From the IMG/VR virus record IMGVR_UViG_3300047560_001719, positions 1 through 57,799 of that record: a stretch of DNA of 57,799 nucleotides; one strand, written 5' to 3'. This stretch comes from a virus. Its lineage: Duplodnaviria > Caudoviricetes. A program made the translations under genes and the position numbers. Shown here piece after piece: positions 19,548 to 29,083 of the stretch. The notes below the pieces were generated by a model. It had not been told where the DNA came from. It saw only the letters and a program-made list of their open reading frames with translations, and did not search any database. The first letter of the stretch is position 1. Every line of letters starts with the position of its first letter.

Positions 19548-21556
19548 TGGCAAGACAAGTAGCTAACGTAGATGTCATCACTGATACATTCGAGATTTGG
19601 CTCTTAGAGACCAACGAGCTGCTGAATGCTCTCTCGACAGAGATCATCACTGCCAACAGCACGTATGCCAATACTGGTAACAGCACCTTCTCGAGAACAG
19701 CTCAGCTGTATGGAACGTTCGGTGCAAACAACCTTGTCGTATCCAACTGGATGAAGGGCGGAAACGTCAACGGCCAGTTTGCAAACCTATACATCAGCAC
19801 CAACACAGTACTCAGCAACGTCAACTCTACTGAGATTCGTCTCGAAGTCGCCAACGGCTCTTCGAACACATTCATGTGGCAGTACGGTCTCCATGCTGGT
19901 CTGACAGGTGCAAACCTTGTAGCTAACACCACCAAACTTACGGTTCAATCGAACTCTACGACCAACTCTACTGCAAATGCCACGCTGATCTCTGTTCAGA
20001 ACAGTACGATCTCGGCGAACATGACATCGAACAGCTTCGCTGTCGGTATCTCGAAAGTCAGCAACGTAGAGATCAACGTCGGTGCAAACCTGATCGCCAA
20101 CTCGACTGCTCTATATGTTGGTAACTCAACGATCAACTCTGTGCACTCACAAGCACAGAGCCTTCTACAAAACTCGATTCACTCGACTACTGTTACACAA
20201 GAAAAAGTGTTGATCGGTAACAGCACCATCAATGCTCTTGCTAACTCGACGATCATCACTATCGCTAACAGCACGTCGTCTGCCAACATCAACCCGATTA
20301 GTTTCAAGACCGGTATCTTCCAAGCTAACACGATCGAAGTTCAAGTCGGCGCGAACGTCATCGCTAACTCGACAGCTCTGTATCTGGGCAACAGCACGAT
20401 CAATGCCATTCATAACCAGACTACTACGTTACTTCAGAACAGCACTCACTCTTCGACTCTGACTCTGACGAAGCTTGAAGTAGGCAACAGCACTATCAAC
20501 ACTGTAGCCAACTCGACGATCATCAAGATCGCGAACAGCACCTCTTCTGCTAACGTAGATCCTATCAGCTTTAAGACCGGTATCTTTACTGGTAATACAA
20601 CTGCAGTCTCGGTCGGAGCGAACGTGATCGCGAACAGCTCTGCTCTGTATATCGGCAACAGCACTGTTAACACGATCGCTACTCAGACGAGTACAGTTAT
20701 CGCTAACTCGACTCAGAATACTACGATCGGTATCAACAGCGTAACTCTTGGCAACACAACTGTCAACACACAGATTACACAGGCTCTGTTTAGAGTAGCT
20801 AACTCAACGGTCAGTGTAAATGCAACTACCGCTGGATTCGTAACGGGCATCTTCAATGCAAACCAGACGATGGTTTCAGTAGGTGCAAACGTATACGGTA
20901 ATGCAACTTCAGTCTTTGTAGGCAACTCTACGTTCAATACGGTGGTCGGTAACGGATCTATTACAGCTTCGGCAAACTTGACGATCACTCCTACAAGTTA
21001 CCTTAATATCGTCGGTGCTGTAACGGTCAGTTCGAACGTTGCTCTATCGAATACGCTTTCAGTAGCAGGTGCTGCGAATCTAGCTAGCACTCTGGGTGTT
21101 ACAGGAGCCGCAACTCTTTCGAATACGGTTACTGTAACAGGTGCAGCTACATTCTCGAATACTCTTGCAGTAACAGGAACATCTTCGTTCGGCGGAGCGA
21201 TGACGATCGAGACTGATCACGTTGTCGACGTCTTTGCAAACAGCAACCTCGGTGCTACGACCGGTTCGGATGTTCTTGTGTTCCAGTTTGCGAAAGCCGA
21301 TTACAGCAGTGCGAAGCTTCTCATTCAACTGAAGAATGCAGGCAATACACAGATCTCAGAGGCCCTGGTAGCTCATGACACCACAGATGCATACCTCACG
21401 ACATACGGCACTGTATCTTCTCCTGCATCGGCTAACGTCGGAGTAAGCTTACTCGGTACATTCTCTGCAAACGCAGATACGACTAACGTAAGAGTATACG
21501 TAAAACAAACAAGAGCGAGCTCGGCTGCAAAAGTCGTGGCGCAGTTCATCAAGTAA
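19547..21556 (+). CDS. Fibre-like virion protein with N-S-T-rich beta repeats (669 aa)
   Basis: N-terminal TDTFE.W...TNEL motif seen in T4-like fibre proteins; internal repeats (VGANVIANSTALY.GNSTIN); 12-aa GAATLSNTL.VT repeats; C-terminal Y.SAK.LIQ...Q.SE.LV.HD...Y.T.YG domain. Confidence 0.7.
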   Translation: MARQVANVDVITDTFEIWLLETNELLNALSTEIITANSTYANTGNSTFSRTAQLYGTFGANNLVVSNWMKGGNVNGQFANLYISTNTVLSNVNSTEIRLEVANGSSNTFMWQYGLHAGLTGANLVANTTKLTVQSNSTTNSTANATLISVQNSTISANMTSNSFAVGISKVSNVEINVGANLIANSTALYVGNSTINSVHSQAQSLLQNSIHSTTVTQEKVLIGNSTINALANSTIITIANSTSSANINPISFKTGIFQANTIEVQVGANVIANSTALYLGNSTINAIHNQTTTLLQNSTHSSTLTLTKLEVGNSTINTVANSTIIKIANSTSSANVDPISFKTGIFTGNTTAVSVGANVIANSSALYIGNSTVNTIATQTSTVIANSTQNTTIGINSVTLGNTTVNTQITQALFRVANSTVSVNATTAGFVTGIFNANQTMVSVGANVYGNATSVFVGNSTFNTVVGNGSITASANLTITPTSYLNIVGAVTVSSNVALSNTLSVAGAANLASTLGVTGAATLSNTVTVTGAATFSNTLAVTGTSSFGGAMTIETDHVVDVFANSNLGATTGSDVLVFQFAKADYSSAKLLIQLKNAGNTQISEALVAHDTTDAYLTTYGTVSSPASANVGVSLLGTFSANADTTNVRVYVKQTRASSAAKVVAQFIK

Positions 21557-21564
21557 GGTAAGAC

Positions 21565-23295
21565 ATGGCAGGCGCAAACAGTAGATTTAAAGTTGATAAC
21601 GGTCTAGTTGCTTCTGGTAACGCCATCTTCTATGATCGTGTCGATGTCGAGGCTAACGCTCACTTCAAGAACGACTTGTTCGTTGTATCTGGTAACCTAG
21701 TCGTTAACGGATCGCTAGTATACGCTAACGTGACAGTAGGCAACGGCGGTATCCTTCTGATCGCGGATCAGCAACCGCTCGGTAACACATCGAATCGTTT
21801 CAACGGTTTCCTTTACGATACCATCTCATACGGAACTCTTCGTCCGAACTCCAACGGTGGTGCTCTCGGTACTACGACTGCACGTTTTGATGTTTTTGCA
21901 AACAACATCACTCTCACAAACTCTCTGCAGTTGACAGGCGGTGGTGGAGTCAACTCATCCCTCTATACGGGTACAGCGAGCAACGCAAATACTGTTTACA
22001 ATATCTCGGCAAACGGTATAGTAGTTCGTACAGGTACAGGAACTGGTGAAGCAAGAACTATCGTCGGTTCAAATGCCGTTACAGTTACCAACGGTGATGG
22101 TGTATCTGGTAATCCAACTTTGACGTTTGCCAATGGTACGGGTCTTACCGTCAACTCGACTGGTGTACACGTCGATCTTTCTGCTGTCACGACTGGTACT
22201 CTTGCAGTGGCTCGTGGTGGTACAGCAGGTAACGTAAACAACCTTCTACCTACTCAATCGGCCGGTGTAGCAGGATACGTTCTGTCTACTAACGGTGCTG
22301 GCGGTGGTCTATATTGGTCTGCTCTTGCTGGACCACAAGGACCACAAGGTGCGACAGGTGCAACTGGGGCCACAGGATCTACAGGTGCACAAGGACCACA
22401 GGGACCACAGGGACCGCAGGGAGCTGCATCGACAGTTGCAGGTCCACAAGGTGCTACAGGGGCAACTGGAGCGACTGGACTTACAGGACCGCAGGGACCT
22501 ACTGGACCACAAGGGCCACAAGGTGCTCAAGGTTTACAAGGTGCTACTGGATCTACTGGAGCTACAGGTGCACAAGGACCACAAGGACCACAAGGTGCTA
22601 CTGGTGCAGCTTCGACTGTTGCAGGTCCACAAGGACCACAGGGACCGACAGGAGCTACAGGATCAACTGGTCTTACCGGGGCCCAAGGACCACAAGGACC
22701 AACTGGGGCACAAGGTGCTACTGGGGCGCAAGGATTACAGGGCGCGCAGGGATTACAGGGTGCAGCTGGTGCTACAGGTGCGCAGGGACCGACGGGTGCA
22801 CAGGGACCTGCAGGATCGAATGGTTCGACAGGTGCTACGGGGGCACAGGGTCCACAGGGACCACAAGGAAGTGCAGCTTCAGCAGCTGCACCTATTCTCA
22901 GACACGTTACATCTGGTTACACATCAGGCGGTCAAGTCTTCGTAACGGGAACTACACCGACTGCATCGGCCGCTGGTGATATCTGGATCGATACTTCTGG
23001 TTCTTCAGGGTTTACGCAGTCTCTCTCTTCGAGCGGTTATACTAAACTACCGAACGGTGTGTACATTCAATGGGGTTCGATATATACATCTCCAAACTCG
23101 AATGGGTCAGGATCATGGCCTATCACTTTCCCGAATGCATGTTTTGCTGGTGTGATGAACGGTGTCGGTGAAACAAGTACATTCGGCGGTCAAGGTGGCG
23201 ACCCGACGATCTATAGTGTAAGTACTTCTGGATTTAGTTATCACTCTGGTGATGATGTTGGATGTACAGCATGGTTCATAGCAGTAGGATACTAA
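21565..23295 (+). CDS. Collagen-like tail fibre (576 aa)
   Basis: N-terminal FKVDNGL motif; [10 protein letters not shown]; long Gly-X-Y tract; C-terminal [13 protein letters not shown]...WPITFPNAC...W.AVGY domain typical of fibre tips; followed by a chaperone-like gene. Confidence 0.85.
   Translation: MAGANSRFKVDNGLVASGNAIFYDRVDVEANAHFKNDLFVVSGNLVVNGSLVYANVTVGNGGILLIADQQPLGNTSNRFNGFLYDTISYGTLRPNSNGGALGTTTARFDVFANNITLTNSLQLTGGGGVNSSLYTGTASNANTVYNISANGIVVRTGTGTGEARTIVGSNAVTVTNGDGVSGNPTLTFANGTGLTVNSTGVHVDLSAVTTGTLAVARGGTAGNVNNLLPTQSAGVAGYVLSTNGAGGGLYWSALAGPQGPQGATGATGATGSTGAQGPQGPQGPQGAASTVAGPQGATGATGATGLTGPQGPTGPQGPQGAQGLQGATGSTGATGAQGPQGPQGATGAASTVAGPQGPQGPTGATGSTGLTGAQGPQGPTGAQGATGAQGLQGAQGLQGAAGATGAQGPTGAQGPAGSNGSTGATGAQGPQGPQGSAASAAAPILRHVTSGYTSGGQVFVTGTTPTASAAGDIWIDTSGSSGFTQSLSSSGYTKLPNGVYIQWGSIYTSPNSNGSGSWPITFPNACFAGVMNGVGETSTFGGQGGDPTIYSVSTSGFSYHSGDDVGCTAWFIAVGY
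22330..22875 (+). repeat. Collagen Gly-X-Y coding repeat ([12 protein letters not shown]), about 55 triplets with two AASTVA interruptions
   Basis: 9-bp periodicity (ggaccacaa/ggtgctact) in the DNA and in the translation. Confidence 0.92.
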
Positions 23296-23296
23296 G

Positions 23297-23671
23297 ATGA
23301 CAATTTACTATAGTCTTTCAACAAACGGATTTTATGACTCTGCTTTAGGTTATAATACGTATCCTGACGATATCATCGAGATTACCTCTGCACAACACAA
23401 CTCGTTTCTTGACGGAATCAACCGTCTTGGTAAAGAGGTGTATCTGAACGAATCGAACCAGCTCGCTCTGAGAACAAAAGTAGTCGTGATTACATGGGAT
23501 GATATCAGAGGAAAAAGAGACAAGTTGCTGCTACAGAGCGACTACACTCAAGTTGCAGATTGGCCTGGAGATAAAGCAGCATGGGCGACGTATCGTCAAG
23601 TTCTTCGCGACATCACCACTACGTTCTCTGATCCAGCAAGCGTTGTTTGGCCTACACCTCCTGGAGAGTAA
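23297..23671 (+). CDS. Tail fibre assembly chaperone-like protein
   Basis: N-terminal YYS..TNGFY...P.D..EIT...H..L and C-terminal IR.KRD.LL..SDYTQ..D.P....W..YRQ.LRDIT....P..V.WP..P. Confidence 0.85.
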   Translation: MTIYYSLSTNGFYDSALGYNTYPDDIIEITSAQHNSFLDGINRLGKEVYLNESNQLALRTKVVVITWDDIRGKRDKLLLQSDYTQVADWPGDKAAWATYRQVLRDITTTFSDPASVVWPTPPGE

Positions 23672-23674
23672 TAG

Positions 23675-24187
23675 ATGCCTAATGCAGTAAAATACTGGAA
23701 TGGTTCTTCTTGGCAATCTCCAGGCTACTTTGGCCAAGTACGTATGTGGAACGGTTCTGAATGGAGAATGGTCGAAGTCAAGTATGCAGGAGGATCAGGC
23801 AGTGGATCGTGGAACGTTCCTGCTGGTCTACTCGACTATCAGACAGTCACCGTTGGTGCTTATGAGGTAGTAGACTACGAATTTGGTTACTATAATTATG
23901 AATATGGATATGGTAACTATACTGGTGGAAGTATCTCTGATGGAACTTCTAACATATATAGTGGTGCTGCAATCAATGGAATATACTATGATGAATCTGG
24001 TTCAGGAGCATATATTATTTTAGATATAACTGGAGCTACTAACAGCGGTTGGACTACAATGAACATCAATGGAACCAACTACTCAAGATCTTCTGCATCA
24101 TTTAGTAGTGGTCAGTGGACGTGGTCAGTAGCTATAGGATCAAACCCGTTCGGAACAAGTGGATCGAAAGCCGTTTATTGGTCTTAA
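23675..24187 (+). CDS. Trp/Tyr/Gly-rich small virion protein, possible fibre-tip adhesin
   Basis: Two (Y/M)WNGS.W motifs, Tyr-rich segment, beta-rich C-terminus; located in the fibre cluster. Confidence 0.55.
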   Translation: MPNAVKYWNGSSWQSPGYFGQVRMWNGSEWRMVEVKYAGGSGSGSWNVPAGLLDYQTVTVGAYEVVDYEFGYYNYEYGYGNYTGGSISDGTSNIYSGAAINGIYYDESGSGAYIILDITGATNSGWTTMNINGTNYSRSSASFSSGQWTWSVAIGSNPFGTSGSKAVYWS

Positions 24188-24193
24188 TAAATA
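24186..24193 (+). promoter_or_regulatory. Late promoter variant AATAAATA
   Basis: Overlaps the stop codon, followed by a GAGG SD and GTG 24216. Confidence 0.6.
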
Positions 24194-24215
24194 ATGATAA
24201 ACAAGAGGAAGTAAA

Positions 24216-24545
24216 GTGGCACTCAAGGCTAACATCACGATCGATCAAGGCACATCGTTTGCTACTACTATCGACGTGACAGACGAAGAAGGTAACGTAG
24301 TCGATCTCACTGGTTTTACCGGTGCTGCACAGATGCGTAAGCACTACACTTCAGGAACTGCCTTTACTTTTACGGTAGGGATCACTGCAGGAACTGGAGA
24401 AGTTACATTGTCGATGACCGCGAACACCACGAGTAACATGGCTCCTGGTAGATACGTGTACGACTGTGAACTCACTGATGCAAGCGGCACTGTTTCTCGT
24501 CTGGTTGAAGGCATAGTTACGGTTACACCAGGAGTTACTCGATAA
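24216..24545 (+). CDS. Conserved hypothetical beta-sandwich virion protein
   Basis: ANITIDQGT.F....DLTG.T..AQMRK.Y....G.V.LS.TA..T....PGRYVYD.E......V.RLVEG.VTVTPGVT, a family common in T4-like fibre regions; GTG start with GAGG SD. Confidence 0.8.
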   Translation: MALKANITIDQGTSFATTIDVTDEEGNVVDLTGFTGAAQMRKHYTSGTAFTFTVGITAGTGEVTLSMTANTTSNMAPGRYVYDCELTDASGTVSRLVEGIVTVTPGVTR

Positions 24546-24793
24546 TGGTAGGAACTACTCGTTTAGTTGCCAAGATTACCAACAACAGCGGTAGATTATC
24601 GTCTGCTGCTCCTGTTACTTTGAAGAATCAGATTCAAGAGATCAGAAGCATCGAAGATATCTTCGACGTATCAGAGGTCGACGTGTCTGCTGGAGCTACG
24701 CTTGTGTACAATCCTACAAATGATAAATATGAAGTGAGACCTCTACAATCAGAAGACTTCGAGACGCTAAATCTTGACGGCGGATCATTTTAA
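24545..24793 (+). CDS. Small hypothetical protein ending in LDGGSF
   Basis: DV......GATLVYN....KY and a terminal LDGG.F motif shared with the next gene (LDGGTF). Confidence 0.7.
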   Translation: MVGTTRLVAKITNNSGRLSSAAPVTLKNQIQEIRSIEDIFDVSEVDVSAGATLVYNPTNDKYEVRPLQSEDFETLNLDGGSF

Positions 24794-24807
24794 ACTAAGG
24801 AACAAAG

Positions 24808-26247
24808 ATGGCTAACTTAATTCAGATCAAAAGATCGTTAACGACAGCCACCGCTCCGTCATTAGCTAATGGTGAATTGGCCTTTACTGCAAACGGTGAT
24901 CATTTATTCATCGGATCGAACGGTGCTTCGATCACAATCGCAGGTAAGTTCAATCCCGGTGTGCTCACTGCAAACCAAGCTCTTGTAGCTAACGGTACTG
25001 GTTACCTCGACGCAGTAAAAGCTGACGCTCTTACAGTACGTACTATCACTGCCAACGGAGTATCTACACCAGGTGCAGGGTATATTCTTGCAGTCGACGG
25101 TGGCGGTAATACTTATTGGCTTGCTCAGTCGTCTGTTAGCATCAACACCGCCGCTCAGTTTTCATGGACGAACACTCACTCGTTCGCTGCCAACGTAACA
25201 GTCAACGGCACTCTTGTCGCTAACGGAATTCTGGCAAACGGTTCTCTCGGTACTGCCAACCAAGTACTTCGTACAGACGGTACAAAGGTTTACTGGGACA
25301 CAGATGCAGGTGATATCTCTGGTATCACAGCTGGTTCTGGTCTTACAGGTGGAGGCACTTCAGGAGCCATCACTCTTGACGTAGGTGCTGCTAACGGTAT
25401 TACGGTTTCTGCTGATGCGATCGCGGTCACAGCAGCTAATGGTATCAGCGTAACTGCTGCCGGTGTTAACGTACTTGCAAACTCTGGTGTAGTTTCAAAT
25501 ACATCTGGAGTATTTGTCAATGCTGGCGATGGTCTTGTAGCTAACGCTACAGGTGTACACGTTGTAGCAGGAAACGGCATCTCTACTTCTGCAGATGCGA
25601 TCGCTGTCAATGCTGGTTCTACCCTTACTGTAAACACAGCTGGTGTGCATGTCAATACAAACCTAGCACTTACGTCTCTGTCTCTGACAGGAGACCTTAC
25701 GGTTGCTGGTAACCTGACGACTACCAACGTAAACTCGGTTATTGTTTCCGACCCGTTGATCTATCTTGCTGGTAATAACTACACATCAGATCTTGTCGAC
25801 ATCGGTTTTGCTGGTAACTATAATAACGGTACGAACCGTCACACTGGTCTTTTCCGTGATGCTACAGACGGCATCTATAAGCTGTTCTATAACCTTACAC
25901 AAGAACTCGATGCTGCCACAACGGTAAACACAGCGGATCCTACGTTCGCTACTGCTACTCTGCAAGCATACCTCAACTCTGGTGGTCTTGTATCGAACAG
26001 CACCGCAGTTACTCTCACCGCTAACTCTACGCTCAACGTTAACCTGACAGCTAACAGCTTGACACTAACGACTCCGCTGGCAGTATCTTCAGGTGGTATC
26101 GGCCGCGCTAGCATCACTGCAGGTGCTATCTTGGTAGGTAACGGTGCAGGTGCAACGACTGTACTCGCTGCAGCGACAGACGGTTATGTCTTACAATCAA
26201 ACGGCACATCAGTCGTTTACGGAACACTTGACGGAGGCACGTTCTAA
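24808..26247 (+). CDS. Tail fibre protein with Mtd_N-like N-terminus (479 aa)
   Basis: IQIKRS....APSLANGELA.......LFIG N-terminus; AG.GI.V...G..V repeats; G.VL.SNGT...Y..LDGGTF end. Confidence 0.8.
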   Translation: MANLIQIKRSLTTATAPSLANGELAFTANGDHLFIGSNGASITIAGKFNPGVLTANQALVANGTGYLDAVKADALTVRTITANGVSTPGAGYILAVDGGGNTYWLAQSSVSINTAAQFSWTNTHSFAANVTVNGTLVANGILANGSLGTANQVLRTDGTKVYWDTDAGDISGITAGSGLTGGGTSGAITLDVGAANGITVSADAIAVTAANGISVTAAGVNVLANSGVVSNTSGVFVNAGDGLVANATGVHVVAGNGISTSADAIAVNAGSTLTVNTAGVHVNTNLALTSLSLTGDLTVAGNLTTTNVNSVIVSDPLIYLAGNNYTSDLVDIGFAGNYNNGTNRHTGLFRDATDGIYKLFYNLTQELDAATTVNTADPTFATATLQAYLNSGGLVSNSTAVTLTANSTLNVNLTANSLTLTTPLAVSSGGIGRASITAGAILVGNGAGATTVLAAATDGYVLQSNGTSVVYGTLDGGTF

Positions 26248-26249
26248 GC

Positions 26250-26435
26250 ATGGAAGCTGAATTTGTTAATGAATATATCAATCGACTGATTGCAAACGTT
26301 CATGATCTTACAAGCAAGAACATTCTACTCGAAACAAGGCTGGCTATCGCTGAGAAGTTGGTAGCCAGCCTTCAGATCGAAAAGCAAGAAGCCAAAGTTT
26401 CTAAAACTAAAAAAGCTGAAGATCCGACGGTATAA
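26250..26435 (+). CDS. Small coiled-coil hypothetical protein
   Basis: 61 aa with a heptad pattern; GGAGG SD upstream. Confidence 0.65.
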   Translation: MEAEFVNEYINRLIANVHDLTSKNILLETRLAIAEKLVASLQIEKQEAKVSKTKKAEDPTV

Positions 26436-26438
26436 ATA
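26431..26438 (+). promoter_or_regulatory. T4-type late promoter TATAAATA
   Basis: Exact consensus overlapping the stop codon, 50 nt before ATG 26488. Confidence 0.8.
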
Positions 26439-26487
26439 GAGTATTAGGGGTTCATATAACCCATACTCACTCTACATAGAGGTTGGA

Positions 26488-27996
26488 ATGGCAAATAAGT
26501 TTCAGTTAAAGCGCACGACCGTATCTGGTCGTACAGCGAACACCACCGATAGTGGTAATACATCCTTCATCGATAAAGGCGAACTCGCCGTCAACTTGGC
26601 CGACAGAAAAGTCTTCTCGTCGGACTCGTCGAATGTCATCTTCGAAGTCGGTTCCAACCTCTCATCTCTTTCAGTAGGATCTATCGTAGCCAACGGGTCG
26701 TTGGGTACTAGCGGCCAGGTACTTACTACCAATAGTAGCGGAGTATACTGGGCTACTGCGGGTGGTGGAGTAAACGCGGATCAAGTCACTTACACCTATA
26801 CGATCGCTGCTAACACCACTGTTATCACCGGTGCAGACGATGCCACTCGAACTCTGACTTATACCTCCGGACTCGAAAGCGTGTTCATCAATGGATCTCG
26901 TCAGATTTCAGGAGTTGATTATAACACTACCAACTCTGCTGCTATCACTCTTACTTCGAACGTAATAGCCGGAGAAGTCGTACAGGTCATTACATGGCAA
27001 GGTGCAGTCAACAGCGCTAACGTCGATGCTCAGTATACTTGGACTAACACTCATACTTTTAATAGTCTACTCACAGCGGCAAACAGCATATACCTCACCG
27101 GAGGAGGTGATGTTATTATTTCTTCGGCAGGAGTCGGAGGAGCTAACGCTAATACATCTTTCTATAACGATGCATCTGATCTTTATATTAACGTAAACAA
27201 TGCGATTCGTGCTTATATTGCAAGTAATGGCAACTTCGGTGTAGGCAATACTTCTCCTGCTCATAAGTTTAGAGTAGATGGGAATGTATCTTATTCTGGC
27301 ACTCTCTTTACGGCAGGCATTTCAGCGAACGGATCAGTAGGTTCTTCTGGACAGATTCTTACATCGAACGGGTCACAAGCCTACTGGCAAACACAACAGT
27401 TTCGCACTGCCGGCCAAACAGTTATTTCCGCTAACACGACTCTTGATTCGACTTATCTCGGCGAAAACATTCTTGTTGTTACAGCTGATATTACTATCAC
27501 ACTGCCATCCAGCGGTTTCGATTCAGGCACTTTGGCTTTTATCTCAAACGTCTCGGGTGGTAAAGTCAACCTATCATATGCATATGCTGGTGACGGTCCT
27601 ACTGTTCTTTATCCAAACGATAGCGTTATTCTCTGTACTGATGGTAACGGATCCTCTCTTTATTGGCGCCAGTATTCTTATACTAATACGTTACAGTTAG
27701 AACCAATAGTAGCGGTTTCTGCATTAGACGTAGACTGCTCTAAAGGAACATATTTTACTAAGACTATCGCTGCTAATAGCACGTTTACATTCTCAAACGT
27801 ACCGACGAGTGTTGCGTATAGTTTCACTCTTGAAGTAACTCATACAAGCGGTACTATTACCTGGCCTGCTGCAGTGAAATGGCCATCAGATACAGCTCCT
27901 ACTCTCACAACTGGCAAAACTCACCTGTTCATGTTTACTACTGCTAATGGTGGTACGCGTTGGAGAGGTTCAGCTCTCGTGGACTATGTAAACTAA
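26488..27996 (+). CDS. Tail fibre protein (502 aa)
   Basis: FQLKRT.V.GR.....GELAVN.AD.K.F N-terminus; ANGS.G.SGQ.LT.N....YW modules; GNFGVGNTSPAHK; C-terminal ITWP..VKWP..TAPTLT domain. Confidence 0.82.
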   Translation: MANKFQLKRTTVSGRTANTTDSGNTSFIDKGELAVNLADRKVFSSDSSNVIFEVGSNLSSLSVGSIVANGSLGTSGQVLTTNSSGVYWATAGGGVNADQVTYTYTIAANTTVITGADDATRTLTYTSGLESVFINGSRQISGVDYNTTNSAAITLTSNVIAGEVVQVITWQGAVNSANVDAQYTWTNTHTFNSLLTAANSIYLTGGGDVIISSAGVGGANANTSFYNDASDLYINVNNAIRAYIASNGNFGVGNTSPAHKFRVDGNVSYSGTLFTAGISANGSVGSSGQILTSNGSQAYWQTQQFRTAGQTVISANTTLDSTYLGENILVVTADITITLPSSGFDSGTLAFISNVSGGKVNLSYAYAGDGPTVLYPNDSVILCTDGNGSSLYWRQYSYTNTLQLEPIVAVSALDVDCSKGTYFTKTIAANSTFTFSNVPTSVAYSFTLEVTHTSGTITWPAAVKWPSDTAPTLTTGKTHLFMFTTANGGTRWRGSALVDYVN

Positions 27997-28817
27997 TGGG
28001 TAGACTCGGTAGAATGCTTATGCGAGGAGCTGCTGGTAGGCGTGGAGGTCCTGGTCAGATAGCATATACGGTTCCCGGTACATATACTTGGGTAGCTCCG
28101 GCCGGCGTGACAAGTGTATGTGTTGTCTGCGTAGGTGGTGGAAGTTCGCAAGGTGGAGGCGGGGCTCTTGCATACGGTAATGATATTGCGGTCACAGCTG
28201 GTGCATCATATACTGTTGTAGTTGGTGGCACAGACACCAATACTGGAGGACAATCGTACTTTAGTTCAACATCTCTACTTTATGCGAATGGCGGAAATAG
28301 CAATGGATCAGGTGGCACCGGGGGAGGTACAGCAAGAAATGGAGGAGGTAGCGGCGGGAATCGTGGCGCTTCTGCAAGTGCCCCAGGTGGAGGTGGAGGA
28401 GCAGGTGGTTACAGCGGTAACGGTGGAGATGGCGGGTCTGGTACCAATCCTCCGGGACTTGGAGATATCAATTGGGGTGGTGGTAGTACAGGCGGTTCTG
28501 GAGGTGCAGGAGGTGGTGGAGCCGGAGGTACTTCCCTCACTAGCGTTTCTGGAGAGTCATCATATCCAGGTGGTGCCGGTGGTGGAGTAGGGTTATTGGG
28601 TCAAGGTTCATCGGGTGCCGGTATTGCAAGCGCATATAATCAGGGTGATGGGAACCCTGGCTCGGGAGGAAGTGGTAAACTCTATGGAGGTGGAGCCGGC
28701 GGATGGGCTTATGATTATGCTGGGCGTGAGGCCTACAACGGAGGTGGTAAAGGCGCAGTTCGTATCATATGGGGTACAAACAGATCGTTTCCTTCTACAA
28801 ATACAGGTGATGTATAA
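27996..28817 (+). CDS. Glycine-rich adhesin-like protein (gp38-like polyglycine architecture, 273 aa)
   Basis: ATG 27996 is coupled to the upstream TAA (TAATG); YT.PGTYTW.APAGVTSV.VVCVGGG ... many GGGGGAGG runs ... GG.GAVRIIWG. Confidence 0.75.
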   Translation: MGRLGRMLMRGAAGRRGGPGQIAYTVPGTYTWVAPAGVTSVCVVCVGGGSSQGGGGALAYGNDIAVTAGASYTVVVGGTDTNTGGQSYFSSTSLLYANGGNSNGSGGTGGGTARNGGGSGGNRGASASAPGGGGGAGGYSGNGGDGGSGTNPPGLGDINWGGGSTGGSGGAGGGGAGGTSLTSVSGESSYPGGAGGGVGLLGQGSSGAGIASAYNQGDGNPGSGGSGKLYGGGAGGWAYDYAGREAYNGGGKGAVRIIWGTNRSFPSTNTGDV

Positions 28818-29083
28818 TGAGACTATTCATACGACTACAAGATGGTCAGCCTGTTGATCATCCCATTTATGAAGAGAATATGAGACAGGCTTATCCAGGT
28901 ATTGATTTGGATAATTTACCTGAAACTTTTGCAGAGTTTGAGCGCATAGATGTTCCTGCTCTTCAAAAGTATGAAATATACGAAGGCGTTACATATCAAT
29001 GGGTTGATGGTATTGTTAAAGATGTGCACAGTGTACGCCCTATGACAGATGAAGAAAAAGCTGAACTCGAAGAATTATTATAA
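28817..29083 (+). CDS. Hypothetical protein, possibly fibre chaperone-like (88 aa)
   Basis: TAATG coupling; ends VRPMTDEEKAE, resembling the N-terminal half of tail-assembly chaperones. Confidence 0.65.
   Translation: MRLFIRLQDGQPVDHPIYEENMRQAYPGIDLDNLPETFAEFERIDVPALQKYEIYEGVTYQWVDGIVKDVHSVRPMTDEEKAELEELL

Noticed and set aside
22295-22979. Alternative-frame ORFs (216 aa, 221 aa) over the collagen tract
   Set aside because: Stop-free only because of the 9-bp Gly-X-Y periodicity.
29051-29064. Classical -1 slippery site (A AAA AAG) fusing the 88-aa ORF to the long fibre
   Set aside because: Only five A's are present, and a frame-1 TGA at 29062-29064 follows it, so a shift here would terminate.
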